DNA of 64,000 nt from Cyanophora paradoxa CCMP329 (taxonomy: Eukaryota > Plantae > Glaucophyta): assembly GCA_004431415.1 (NCBI GenBank), contig QPMI01000162.1, positions 1 to 64,000 on the forward strand. Direction: 5' to 3'. Positions 34,829 through 48,135 of the stretch are shown here, one piece after another (the first letter of the stretch is position 1; every line of letters begins with the position of its first letter). The position numbers and the translations under genes were made by a program. The notes below the pieces were generated by a model. The model made no database searches. It saw nothing but the letters and a program-made list of their open reading frames with translations, and was not told the origin of the DNA.

Positions 34829-35943
34829 ATGGCGTACGTATACCAGCAGCCCCAGACTTACGAGCAGTATTACCCGGGCGCGCCTGCAGCACCGCGTGCG
34901 CCAATCGCGACTCGGCGGCGTTTTCGCGCGCGGGTCGTGGCAGAATCGCGCCTCGAGCTCAGCTGCAGATTTCGAGCAGGTCAGGCGGCGTCTTCCCAGG
35001 GCGTCTACAGCTACGGGACGCCTTACAGCGTCCGCCGCCAATTCTGCTTGCAATTGCGTTTTAAGAGGCGCTCGCACGCTTCTTATACACGCGCGCAGCA
35101 GCAAACGATCTACGGGCGCCCTGCGGGCGCCTACGAGCACGGTGCGCTCCAGTTTCCTCGCCTTCAACGCATCGCCCGCGTTGAGGAGCCGCGATCGCGA
35201 AATTCGACGAGTTCATGCTCACGGGAGCATCGGATTCCGACCACCGCGCGCGCGCAGGCCCGAGCCCGTACACGAGGACGGTGCAGACAACTACGCAGAC
35301 TTCCACGTACGGCCCCGCGCGCGGATACGGGGCGCAGTACGGCCAGGTGCTTTTTCGCGGTGTTTCCAGTTCAGCTGCTGCGCGCGGCCTCGCGATCGAT
35401 CTCTCGCGACATCGATATCTTTCTCATGATTGTGATCATGATCAGATCCCTGCGGGCGGATCGTACTCGCACGGCCCCTACAGCTACTACCAGGTCGTCG
35501 CCCTGCCCGCGCGCGATCGATATATATCCCCTCCCGCGAAATCCGCGATTTCGACGCCCGGGGCGAGATTCGAATTTGATTCCGCAGGACCCGTACTACA
35601 GCGGGGCGCCGGCGCCGCTCCCGCAGGGGCACCGCCACGGCTCGCACGTGAAGCCGGGCCTCAGCGGGGCGGCCGTCGGCGGCATCTTCGGCGGCATCCC
35701 GGGCGCCCTCATCGGCGCGCGCCCGCGCGCCGGATCGAATTCGACGCCCGCCGGATCGGTTTTGACGCTTTTAAATTTTCGGCGCAGGCGGCGTGGCGGG
35801 GGACCTGGGGGGGCGCTGGCACGCCTCGCGCTCCCACGGGGAGGACCCCTACAAGCGCCGCTACTAGCTATAGTTGCGACGACCTCGTCATTCGATCTGG
35901 AGCCGCCTGGGCCCGCGAGTCCCCGGAGTTCCGCGGCGTGTAA
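34829..35943 (+). CDS. Small multi-exon Tyr/Gln/Gly-rich protein with a glycine-zipper-like C-terminus
   Basis: MAYVYQQPQTYEQYYP..., GYGAQYGQ, DPYYSG, GLSGAAVGGIFGGIPGALIG. A TATA-like tract lies at ~34728-34747. Confidence 0.6.
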
Positions 35944-36177
35944 ATAAATTTAAATGCCGCGATGATTCTGCTGTATATAATGCCACCCGGAAGCGCCCCT
36001 GCAAGCTGCACAGCCAACTGTGGCCTAGTAGGACATGCCGATCGCGATGACATGCCAAGTTCCGCGGCGCCGGCGTGTAAATAAATGGCATGACTTTCAG
36101 TGATGATTCCGCTCCCGAGACATTGCGGGGGCGGGGGAGAGCCCTTCGGCTCGCAGTTCCGGTCGCGGGGTACGGGA

Positions 36178-39100
36178 TCACGGGTTGACGTCCTCCACTC
36201 GGCTCCGCTTCCGATCCCTGCGGGGCGATTTCTCGTCAGCCCATCGCAAGGCCAGATGATCGACGGGGCAAATCGATGTCGGGGCGGCGCACGGGGCAGC
36301 GTCCGCCGGGTCGGGCGTGGGCGGGAGGGGCGCCGCCGCGGCCGATCCCAGCTTCATCTCGATGAAGAACCTGTGCAGGGGGGTAGACGAATCAAACGGC
36401 AAAGGGGGACGGAGGGGGAGGGGGGTACGGCTCACTCCTCGAGGGTCTTGACGGCGACACCGGGCGAGGGCACGGCGGCGCGGGCCTGCGGGCCGTTCAG
36501 GTGGGTACACTCGCACGGGGCGGCGCGGGCAGGGAGGGGGGTACCGCGGTGAGGGCGGTGTCGCGGGCGGACGCGTCCTGCACCACGGCGAAGGCGCTGT
36601 GCTCGTCCTGCGACGAAGATCGTATCCGAAGGAGTCAGGATCAGGAGGGCGGGAGAAGACGGAGGGAAGGGGGGGGGGGAAGGGGTAGAGGGATTCGCAC
36701 GATGCGCATGATGCGGACGGAAGCACCGGACTCGGAGAAGAGCTGCGGGGGGCGTCAACGACGGGGGGAGGGGGGGGGGGGAAGAGAGAGAGGAGGGGGG
36801 TACCTGGACGACGTCGCCGTTCGTGTAGTCCGAGGGGAGGCCCCCCACGTGGAGTACCCCGCCCTTCTCCAGAAGCTGGTCATCTCCTGCGGACGAAGCG
36901 AGCTGTAGAGATGTAGAGAGAGGCGGGAAGAGAGGGGGGGGGGAGAGCAGAGGGGTACCGGCGAGGTTCATTGCGAAGAGGGAGCGGATGAGGTTCAGCC
37001 GGTTCTCGGCCGCCTGATGAGATGGGTAAGGGAAAGTCAGCCGAACGAGAACGGGGGGTACAGGCGCACCGCGCGGAACTCCTCGGGGGCGAACTCGGCC
37101 GAGAGCTTCGCGAACACCGTACCCGTCATGAAGGCGTCGTACCTGGGATGGGCGGAGCGGGGGGTACTCAGCTTCGGCAGAGCTCCATTTTCTTTCAAAG
37201 CGGAGAGAACAAACGGGTACCCGGCCTCGTGGGGGAGGGCGGCGGCGGCGGCGTTGGGCTCTGCCGGAGACCCGTCGGCGCAGAGGTAGCGGTCGAAGCC
37301 GGGCGCGAGCCGGACGAGGGCCTACCCCGCCCGCCCCGCCCCAGACCCCGGTCAGCTCCAAGCCCGATCTATGAAAGCTATAGCTTGTCTCAGGCATCCC
37401 CCTAAGCGTTCCAGTCGCCAGATTGTAGACTTTGATTGTCTTCTTCTTTTCCCCAAGTTTAGATCCGCACCGTGGTGGAGCCCCGGACGGTGTCGTGGAG
37501 ATCGCCCAGCGATGTGCCTGCCCCAGGAAGGAAGGCCGGGGGGGCGGCGGCGTCATGATCAGGGAACTAAGGGGGCGGAAAGGATTTGCGCGGGATTCGA
37601 ACCGGAGCGGAAGCGCGCCGGCTGCGCCGCGAAGAGGTCCGACGTCGCTATGAACTTCGTGTCGTACACCTGGAGGGGGTACGGGGTAAGAAGCAAAAGG
37701 AAGGGTAGAGAGGAAAGGGGGGCAGGTGGGGCATGCCTGGGGGAAGAGCGAGTTAAGGGACGCCTTGAAGGCCGGCAGCTCCTCCGGCAGCGGGCCCTGG
37801 GTACAGATCGATCAGCGACGGAGGGTGGGGGTACGCTCTTCATGTACCCCCCTCACCTCGAAGTGGGAGTACAGGAACAGAAGGTCGTAGAGGCAGTTGT
37901 GGCCGATGAGGGGTAGACGGGAGGCCGCCAGGGCGCTGGATAGGAGGGGTACGGGACGGAACGTCGACGTCAGCGCTTCCGACGGCGAGCTCCGTTCGCA
38001 TCTTGGAAAACAAAAAGAAGCGGCGCACGTGAAGATGCGGCGGAAGCCCCGGCGGGCGTCGAACTCGCGCTGCCGCTCCTCTTCCTAGGAGGCGCGGCTC
38101 GTGATCAGCTCTATGCTCTTGAGCTTGTCGAGAAGGCGAGCGAGCTGGGTCGGGCGGGACGAGGCGGCGGGCACCTCGCGGCGGGCCCGCTCGGCCTTCT
38201 CCTCGTCGGTGAGGCGAAGCACGGCGATCTAAGAGAGAGCGCGCGCGTGAGAAGGAGAGCTAAGAGAGCGCAGGGAAAGCTTAAACGGGGCGCGCCTGCT
38301 TGCGAGAGGGGTTGTTGGGATCCGGGGCCCGCGACTCGGCGATCGTGTCGGGGTCCACCTCCCGCAGCGCCTGCGCCCGGCCCCGCCCCGCCCGGGGCGG
38401 CGCGTCAGGACCCGGATCTAAATATTGAAGGAGGGCAGCTAGGCGGTTGAAGCTTGGGGGGCCCGCCCGGCCCCGCCCGGGGCGGCGCGTTAGGCCCCGG
38501 ATTTAGATATAGAAGGGGTAGAGAGGAATCTAGGGATCCAAGGAATCGGGGCGAGGGTCGATCTAGAACTGCGAGGGATCCGGCGCGCCCCTCCGGGGCG
38601 ACCGAGCAGGGCCCCTTCCTTCGCGCTTCGCTCGCACCTAATATAGAAGGGGGAGAGAGGACCCGGATCTAAATATAGAAGGGGGAAAGAAGGGGAATCG
38701 GAGCGAGGGTCGACCTAGGAATGCGAGGGATCCGGGGCATCGGAGCAGGGCCCCTTCGTTCGCACTTCGTTCGCGCCTCGCTCGCACCTGGTAGAGGGCG
38801 GCGCGGAGGAAGGCGTTGCACTCCGGGAAGACCATCTCCCGGGGGTTCACCGGCGCCGCGGGCGAGGCCGAGGCGGGGGCGGCATCGCCGGCATCCGAGG
38901 CCGCCTCCGGGGGCGGCGGGGGGGGCGGCTCGGGGGGCGGGGCCCCGGACTCGAGGGCCGCGACCTGCTCCCGCCACGCCTTGTAGTCTGCGGCGGAGGG
39001 AGGGGCGTCAGCGTTGCGGAAACGAGGGAAGGCACTAAGCTCAAGAATCTAGTGAGCACTCCGGTGAGATAAGAACGGCTGCGCTTGTGGGGCGCGGCCC

Positions 39101-40636
39101 TGCCCACCGGCAAGGCACTTGTCAAGGAACTGCTGGTCGGTGGGGCGCGTCAGCACCACCGGCCGCCGGTTCGCCGTGTAGTCCGCCTGCGGTCGATCGA
39201 CGGCGAGGGAGGGGCCGCTCAGAGACTCAAGGGCCGCTCAGAGGGGAGGGGCGGGCGGGCGCGGGGGCCGGGCGCGCCCAGAGGTGCTTGCGCAGGGCCT
39301 CCTCGCCGGGACGATCCACGTACGGCACGCCCTGCCAGAGGGGGAGGGGGGGGGGGAGGGGGGGGGCGGAGGAATCAGAGGGGTACGCGCAGTGCGCGCT
39401 GGCCGTAGGCCTAGAAAGCAAGGATAGGAAGCGGGGGCGGGGCGGGGCGCGGGAAGAGTCGCCTTCTAGGCTCCTCTGGACGGGCGGACGGGCGGGGGTG
39501 GGGGGGAGGGGGGGTGCGGGGGGGTACGGGCGCACGTCGTACATCCACCTGTTGAAGTCCATCTTGTAGCGCTTGTTGAACTCGATGGCCCCTGTCTCCA
39601 GCACGAGCTTCGGGTTCCGGCCCCCGAACTGCGGGCAAGGTCCAGGGCGGCCCGGGCGGGCGGGACGGGGCGGGAATGGGCGGGCGGGGGGTACGGGTAC
39701 GGGCGCACCTCCTCGGGGAATACGAAGAAGTTGTAGGGGCGGGCAACGAAGGCGCGCCGCGGGGCGGGCGGGGCGGGCGGCGCGGCCTCCCCGCCCTCCG
39801 AGGCCGGGGCCGGGGCCGGGGTCGGGGGCACGGGCTCCTCGTGGAAGAGGCACACGCCGACCTGGGCGAATGCCTCGAGTCAAGCTTGAGCAGGCGCGAG
39901 CCGTGCAAGGGACGCTGGCGCTTCCCGAGGCCAAAGCTTAAGTGTCCTACAGCTATAGCTAAGCTTTTCTAAGCAGGAAACCGCGCGGAAAAGGGGACCC
40001 GCACCTGAATGATCGCGTACGTACTCGCCACCTGCGCGAGCGTGCGCCGTGCGGTGAGCCACAGCGCAAGCGGGCGTCGCACGCAGGCGGGCGCCATCCA
40101 GCGGCCGGGGCCTGAGCGGGGCGGGCGCGTCCCCGGCGCGCGGAGCGGACCTGGCGGTTCTTCCTGTAGCGCGCGGCGGTCGAGTCGTCCACAACCTCCT
40201 CGCCCGCCTTCGTCAGCGGCCGGATCCCCTGCGCTCCACCGCTCGCGCAAGCCGGAAGGGCTCCCGGCGGCGCGGGGCGCGCCGCGGGCGCACTGTCATC
40301 TCCTCGTCGATCGCTACGAAGGTCGCACTCGGCAGCAGCGACTCGATCTGCGTGCGCGCGCGTCGTGCCGGCTCATGATCAGCGCTCCTGTCATGGCTCC
40401 GCAGCTGCGGCCCGCGGGGGAGACCCCACCTCGCGAGCGACGCTCTCGAAGTTGTGCTTGGTCACGTCCATCGCTTGCGCTGGCGTAGCGAAGAAGGATC
40501 TGCGCGGGCGGCTGGCGAGGGCGGCTGACGCGGGCCTTCGCCTGGCGGCTGTGGGGAGCCTGAAGCCGAAGAAGCTGGTGCTGCAGCTGCCGACGACCCG
40601 CCTGCTAACGTGCAGCAGGCCGGTGCAAGCAAACAT
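36178..40636 (-). CDS. PARN: Poly(A)-specific ribonuclease (PARN, CAF1 family DEDD exonuclease), multi-exon
   Basis: MDVTKHNFE, FVAIDEEMT, FVARPYNFFVFP, MDFNRWMYD(G)VPY, CNAFLRAALYQ, IGHNCLYDLLFLYSHF, VYDTKFIA, HEAGYDAFMTGTVF. Confidence 0.9.
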
Positions 40637-40836
40637 CCGCCGACGGGTACGTGTATACAGCAGCGACGCGCGGTCGATGGGCCGGTCGAGGGGGGCGGCG
40701 AGGTCGACAGACCCGCGGCCGAGGTGCGCGAGTCGCTTTGCCGCAGGCGCCGCAGCGCCGCAGCCCGCCCCAGCCCTGACTTCAAATGCCGCCGCCGCCA
40801 GGATCCTCATCTCGCCGCGCCGCTATTCTGGAATCT

Positions 40837-41684
40837 ATGACCAGTTCTGCATTGCACACTCACAGGATGACGTCGCCCTCCGAGAAGCGATCGGTGCGTC
40901 CCGCGCGCGCGGGAGAGCGAGCGAACTTGAACGGCCGGGGCGTGGCTGAGGGCGGCGTGCGGCGGCGCGCGAGCCTCCGACGGCCTCTCACGACATCCGT
41001 CTCGTGCAGCGTGCCTGGAGGCCGAGGAGGGCCACGCGGATGCCTTCGTCGCGCAGTGCAGTCGGAAGATGAAAGAGGCGCTCGCGGGGCGCGCCCCAGA
41101 GGTGCTCGTCGGCGCAGTGGATTCCTTCGGGTGCGGCGACCGCCCGCTCGCTCGCCCGCCGACGCCGACGCCTGCGGGCCGGGCGGAGCAGGACGCTCTC
41201 GGACTCCGTCTTCCCGACGCACAAGGCGATGGCTGTGACGGAGACGTGCCGCCGCATCTGCGAGGCCGTCGCAAGGGTCGTGGAGGAGCGGCAGCGCAGC
41301 ACCGGCGCCGCCGCCGCCGCCGCCGCACCCCCCTTTGCGCAGGAGCCGCCGGCGCCCCCGCCGCCCGACTGGCCGTCGACGCCCCCGCGGCAAGTGCGGG
41401 AGTCGCCCGTCAGGTGGGCTCAAAGCCTTCGCTCGCGGGCGCCGGGGGCCGCCCGCCCACGCCTCTTTCGCCGCAGCCGTTCGAGCAGCGGCTCGACGGA
41501 GGCGGGGGCCCCCGGGGAAGTCCACCTCGATGACCACTACTTTAGGCCTGTACCCCCTCCCACCCCAGCCCCCTCGTCCTCTGACTTGCGCCGCAGCGTG
41601 CGGAAGCCGAGGCGGCACACGGTGGCCGGGCCCGCGGATGGGGCGGATGCCCCGCGGCCGCCCCCAGGCCGCGCGTCCGAGGGC

Positions 41685-41715
<31 letters not shown>

Positions 41716-42904
41716 ACGGAAAGCACGAGGGGCCGCGGGCGTACGGGGCGGATCGGGAGCCGCCGGCAGCGGAGGCGAACGTGGCTCCGAACGGAGGAAC
41801 CCCGAAGGCGAACGGGGCCCTGAACGGGAACGCGGCGGCGGCGGCGGCGGCGCCCCACGAGCCGCCGAAGACTCCGGAGCGGAAGCAGTCGCCGGAGCCG
41901 GCGACGCCGGAGGCCGCGGCGTGGACGCCGGGCGGGGCGGGGCGGGGGCGGCGCGACGCCCTCCCGCCTTCTCTTCTCCGCCTGCGCCGCGGCGGCGGTG
42001 GCCGCCGCCGCGACGGGCGCCGCCGCGGCCGGCGTCGCCGCAGCCGTCGCCGTCGCCGCGACGCAGGTCCGTCCGCCCGCGGCTTCGGATCCGGCTCGCC
42101 CCGCTCCCTTCCCTCTGACCCTTCCGCGCAGTTCGTGGCCTCGGTCCGGTCCCCCTCCGAAAAGGCAGGCGCCCGCCTGCCGCCCCCGTCCCCCTCCCAG
42201 CGCCGCTGCACCGCCGAGGTCCGTCCGCCGCCTCGAATCCCCGCCGGCCCTCTTCGCCTGCCCTGACGCGGTACCCCCCTCCCAAGGACGAGGAGGCCGC
42301 TCAGTTCGAGGGGCAGGCGGCCCGCTGCGTCACCAGCGACGACCTGGTAGCCCCCGCTTTTCTATGTTTCAGTACCCCCAGTCCTGACCGCTGCCCCTCA
42401 AACCAGGTACCCCTTCTCGCGCTCGCCATCGTCCGCGCCGGCGCCGTCCGCTGCCGGAACCTGCGCGCCCAGGCGAAAGATCCTGAACCCCATCCGCGGC
42501 CCCGTACCCCCTGACCCCGTCCTCCCCCCCAGCTGGCGTACGTGCAGCATTTTCTGGCCGAGGCCGATCTCTGCGGTACCCCCCCTCGCCGCCCCTGCTC
42601 TACGTACCCCTCTCACCCCCGGGGTACAGGGCAACACGGGTTCTGCCTGGCGACGCTGGAGGGGGCCATCGCGTGCCTGATGGTGGGCTCGGCTCCGCTC
42701 GGGTCCCTCTCTCGCCTTCGCGCGCCGCTCCTGAGTTGGCGTACCCAGGCTGCGTACCACCAAGTCCTGGAGAGGAGGGGCGAGGCTTCGCCCAAGTCGG
42801 AGTTAGAGGCGGCGCCAAGGGGCGGGGCGCCGACGGTGGCGGCCGTCCCCGCAGCGTCGGGGGCGCCGGCAGCAGCTGCAGGATTGAGGCCAGGCCGAGG
42901 GTAG
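40837..42904 (+). CDS. VPS9-domain (Rab5-type GEF) protein with a long low-complexity insertion
   Basis: PTHKAMAVTETCRRI, then after a Pro/Ala-rich stretch VTSDDL-VPFLALAIVRA and HFLAEADLC-GQHGFCLATLEGAI, matching the VPS9 motifs ADDLLP and GExGYxLTT. Confidence 0.7.
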
Positions 42905-43528
42905 TCTCTTTTGACTAGCATAATCGATCTTTCTACTAGTTAGGATGCTCACCTAGACAGGCCTTCTTTCAATGTTGCATGCGCAGCTCGATCTAGATCT
43001 AGATAATGCTGACGCAGTGCTGATATCGATTCTACGGCATCGAGGCCCCGAGGCGGCGATCGCTTGCGTACACATCTAGATCTACAGGAAGATCTTGCAA
43101 TCGAAAGCTGGCCGAGTCGCGAAGCTTTAAGCTGCGGCGTTCACGTTAACGTTCGCCGAGTACTAGTGCGCGCACCGGCGCCCGGCGCCGGCTGCTCGGC
43201 GGCGGCGTCTTCGACGATGTGCGCGAACGCCATGCGCTTTGTCCAGTGTCGACGTCGACGTCGAACAAAGCTAGCGACGCCAGCCCAAGCCCAGCCGGGC
43301 CAGCCGCTGGTGGGGGGTACAGACCTCGACTAGCGAGCGCAACAGCATTTCGGCCGGGAGAGCGGAGCGGGGCTTTGCAGCCGCGTAGTTTGCCCTTAGC
43401 TAACGACTTAATCCGGATTCTGTACCTTCTGGGCGCCCCGCCTGCACTCCGAAGTCGGTACACGGTGCACGGAGTCGGCGACGTGGCAGGCGCTGTAGGC
43501 GCGCAGAGCTGGCTGGACCGGTGCCTGC

Positions 43529-46500
43529 ATGCCCATCCCGGCGGCTTGTACGACCCCGCTTGCTGACCGCAGGAGTCCGCAGGTGCAGCCCGACATTCGG
43601 GGCGGCAGGCGCAGCTGGCTGCTCAACAACCTGCTAGCGACGCACGCGGCAGGAAAGCAGTTTGATCAGCCGATCCCTCCGCGGCCGCTCCGGCCTCCCG
43701 GGGCGGCCGCGGCCGCGCCCCACCCACCACCCGTCCCGTCGCCGCCGCCGCCGCACGAATCGGACCATGAGGCAACGCGCGGCGAGGGAGGCTCGCCGTA
43801 CTTCGTGCTGGGCCGCACGCCGTCCAAGGAGCAGCTGCGGGACGCGGGCGTGGTCAAGGTGAAAGGCAGCGACTGGCACGCGGAGGTGGAGCGTGCGGCT
43901 CGGGACTTGAAGAAGACAGTGAAGAGCCTCGCGCAGCCGGCGGCCGCCCCGGCGGGCGCCGGGGATGGCCAGCTCGCCAACCCGATCAGCTTCTCGCTCA
44001 GCACGATCGTGCAATCGGTGCGGGAGAACAGCGCGGCGCTGACGCACCTCAGCCTCCGTGGGCACTGCGTCGGCAGCTCCGTGCGTCCGTCCCTCCTCTA
44101 AGCTGCTCTTTGCGCGCTGCCTTGCGAGCCGGGGCGCAGGGCTGCGCCGAGCTGTGCCGCGCGCTGCGGAACAACACGCACGTGACGTCGGTCGACCTCT
44201 ACTGGAACGGGATCGGACCCGAGGGCTGCGAGGCGCTCGGGGAGCTCCTCCGAATGAACAGTACCCTCACCCAGCTCGACCTCCGCCTGAACTCCATCGG
44301 CGACAAGTCAGATGTACCCCGCTCTTTTTTGAGGACCGTACCCCCTGACGCCGCGCAGGGGTACAATCATCCTGGCCGAGGCCCTGAAGGTCAACCGCTC
44401 CATCCACACGATCTACCTGGGGAGAAACAGGTACCCCCGGGGCTCCCACCCCCCTGCCCTCGACTGCTCCGCCGAGTACCCCCCGCCGCAGCATCGGCCC
44501 GCGGGGGGCGCACGCCCTGGTGGAGATGTTGAAGGTAAACCCCGGACTTACAACCGTGTACCTCGGCCGCAACGTCATCGGTACCCCCCCCAGCGGCTCC
44601 ATCCCCCTCCCCTCTTCTGACCTCTACCCCCCCTCCCCCCCAATTCAACAGGGCTGGAGTTCCAGCGCGCGATTGATAAGATCCTCGCGGAGAACCGATC
44701 CCGGATGTCCGCCGTGCAGGAGGCCGCCCGCAGGGAGGCCGCGGAGCGGTGCGGCGTACCCCCAACCCCTCCCGCTCCGAATCTCACCGTACCCCCCTCC
44801 CGCAGGGCAATGGAGATGCGGGTGCAGGCCTGCGCGCGGCGGTGAGGCCGGGCAGACGCGGCCCCGCCGCGCCGGCTGCGGATCGCCCGCTGATGACTTT
44901 GTTCGCAGGTCGGTGCTGCGCCACTACTTCGTTCGCGCGGCGCACTACGCCGAGCGGCGCCGCCGCAAGGTGCGCGCGGGATCCTAAGCTTAAAGACTTC
45001 GGAGAGGCCTGGAGCGGGCGGGCTCTGACCGGGGCGCCCGGCAGCGGGAAGCGTGGGCGCTGGCAGTGGAGCACGCGCGGCGGGCGGCGGCGCGCGCGGC
45101 CCTCTGGCGCTGGGTGCACCTCCGCACCGCAGCACTGCTAAAGGTCCGCCGGGGAGGGGGGTAGGGCAGGGGAAGGACGAAAGGATAGAGGGAGGGCAGG
45201 GGAAGGCAAAGGATCAGCCCGTGCCCGCTCTCTCTTCCGGCTGGAGCATATTGCTCTACTGCGCCTGCGCTATCGAGCGGCCTGTTGACGCGCCGCCGCC
45301 GTCGGCGCAGGCGGAAAAGGCGGCGCGGGCGGAGGCCGTGGCGAGGCTCCGGCGGCTCCGGCGGGCGCAGGCGGCCTGGCGCCACTTCGTCACCCTCCGC
45401 CGCGCCAAGCGCAGCAAGGTCCGTCAAGGTCCGTCCAAGAGCGGAGCGGAAGCTCACGGGTGCTTGCGCCGCGTCGTCGCAGGAGGCGGCCTGCGACCGG
45501 CACGCGGCGCGGGCGGCGCTGCGGCGGGCGGCGCGGGCCTGGCGCGCCGGCGCCGCGCTGGTCAAGGCGCGCCGCGGCGGGCGGAGGCGGCGGCCGAGAT
45601 GGGGCGCCGCCGCCTCATGCGAGCCGTCCTCGTCGTGTGCCACAACTTCGTCCTGTGCGCGCCCGCCCGCCCCCTCTTTTTTTGAAAGAATCTAGAGACG
45701 GAGCTAGCTAGCTAGCACCTTAAGCGGACAAGGCATTCCACGTCGCCCCGTCGCCCGCCCCGCTCCGCCCCGCCTGACGACGCGCTCGGCGGATTGCAGC
45801 GTCCGCCGGGAGGAGAAGCGGAAGCTGGCGGTCGCCCTCAGATTCTGGGAGCGCCACGCCAAGGCCCGCTCCCTCTCCTCACTGCGCGACGCGGGGCGCG
45901 GCGCGGCGGCGCGGCGCGGGGCGGCGGCGCGCCTGGTCGAGGTCGCCTACCGGGCGGCGCTCCCGCACTGGCTGGACCGGTGGCTCGCGGCCTGCCGGCG
46001 CTCCCGCCGCGTGAAGGACTTCGTGAAGGCCGCGAACGGGCGGCGGCGGGCGGCGGCGCTGGCGGCGTGGCGCGCGGCGGCGGCGCGCTCGAGGAGGCGG
46101 CGGGAGGCCGGCCGGCGCGTGGCGCGGGCCGGGATGCGCCAGTGGTGGGGCGCCTGGCGCCAGCACGCGGCGGAGGGGCACGAGCGCGAGCGGTGCGGCC
46201 CGGCCCGGCCCAATTCCCCGTACCCCCAATACTTCGTTCGCGACTCACCGGTACGCAGAGAGCTGGAGTCGCTGAGGGCGGAGCGGTGGGCCCCCGGCGA
46301 GGCGCTCAGGCGGCAGGCGGCGCTCTGGCCCTCATGCGGGCGGCCGTGGCGCGGCGCGCGGCGGCGCGGCTCCGGCGGCTGCGGGAGCGCGCGGCCCTGT
46401 GCTTCCGGGCCTGGCAGGGCCGTGCGCCGCTCTTCTTGGCTAACTCTTCCCCGCGCTGACTCTCGCGAGGCAGGCGCGGGCGGGCGGCTCGAATCCGGGC

Positions 46501-48135
46501 GTACATCGCCCAGCGCGACGCGGCGCGGCGGGAGGCGGCGCTCCGCGGGCGCTCGGCGCCTGGGGCGGCCGCGCCGCCCTCCTGAGGCGCGCGGCGGCGC
46601 TGCGGGCCCGCGTGCTCGCTTCGGCTGCGCGGCGCGGGCTCGCGGCCTGCCTGGCGTCGCTGCGCGGGGCGGCGGCGGCGGCGCGGGCGACGCGGGCGCG
46701 GGCGGCGGAGGAGCGGGCGCGGGAGGAGGCGAAGGAGGCGGAGGAGCGGGCCAGGAAGGAGGAGGCGGACCGCCGGCGCGAGGAGCTCGAGAAGAGGCGC
46801 CAGGTCCGTTCATCCGCCAGCCAGTCGGTCCTCTTTAAAGCATCGGAGAGATAGCAGAAAGCTCGCCTCTTCCACCGATTGAGCTTTAGAGAAAGGGCAG
46901 ACCGGTTCTGACGGGCGGGGCCCCGGGGCGCAGGAGCAAGAGAAGAGGAGGAAAGAAGAGGCGAAGCGCAAGGAGGAGGAGGAAGCACGCCGGAAGGAGG
47001 AAGAAGCGCGCCGAAAGGAGGAGGCGCGCCCCCTCCCTCCACCGCTTCGGCGTACCCCCTTTGCTCACGGCGTACCCCCCGCAGGAGAGGAAGCGGAAGG
47101 AGGATGAGATCGCGGCGAGGCGAAGGGCGGTCGAGGAGAAGCGGTGCGCCGCCGCTGTACCCCCCCCCTCCTTCTCGAGCCTCCGCTTCATGCGCTAAGC
47201 CCTTTCCGCAGCGCGCAGCAGCAGCGGGCGGAGGCGGAGCGAAAGGAGAGGGGCGCCGCGGCGGCGGTCGCGGCGGGCGCGGCGGCGCCTCCCCGGCGCC
47301 CCACGGGGCCCCCGCAGGCGGCCCGCCGCCGCCGCCCCCGCGGCCAAGGCCGCCCCGCAGGCCTCGGCCGCGACGCGCCTGCCGCCGATGCCCCCGGCCC
47401 GCAGCAAGTCGATCGCGGCCGGCGGCCGGCCGCCCCCCGCCACCACGCAGCGGGCCGGGCTCCCCCGGAGCAGCACATCCATCGCGCCGGCGCCGCCGCC
47501 CCGCCTCCCGTCCCCGCCCTCCACCGGCTCGGCCGTCGCGACGAACGGCGGCGCCAGCCCCCCTCTACCCCCCTCCCGCCCCGGATCCGCCCCCGTTTCC
47601 AGCCGCGGCGTCCCCGCCCCGCCCCTCGCACCCCCTCCCAACCTCAACCTGGGTGCGACCCTGTACCCCCAGGATCCTCCCCCCCCTAAACGGCCTCGCC
47701 AGGCGCTATCCTTGCGGATCGTTCCATAACGATCGACGTTCTCCTCGCCAAAGTAAGGCAGGCCTGCGGCCCGACGGTGCGCCGCAGCCTTCTCTCCCCG
47801 TCTCAGTTCTCCGTGCCTTCTTAGCGTACCCCCACGGCAGCCGATGGAAATGCGGTACCGGAACGTCCGCGGCGAGATGTGCACGATGCGAACGCAGGCG
47901 CGCCTCCCCGTACCTCCGGATTCGAAGAAGCCAAAGCAGTTCTGACGCCCCCCTGCAGAAGGACCTTGACGATGCTCTGCACATTCTGGACTCTCAGGTG
48001 AGCGGAGGGTACGGGCTGGGGTTTCGGGGCGCGAACCCGCGAGGCTGACCGGGCTGACTCCGCGCGCAGGGCTCAAACAACCTTCACATCTACCTGCGGC
48101 CGGCCCCGCCCCAGCTACAGCCCGGCCGCGCGTAG
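43529..48135 (+). CDS. RNI-like leucine-rich-repeat protein with Trp/Arg-rich (Sfi1-like) helical repeats and a charged coiled-coil
   Basis: LRRs NTHVTSVDLYWNGIGPEGCEALGELL, NSTLTQLDLRLNSIGDK, NRSIHTIYLGRN and NPGLTTVYLGRN, followed by WRHF, FWERH and WWGAWR segments. Many short introns. Confidence 0.75.
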
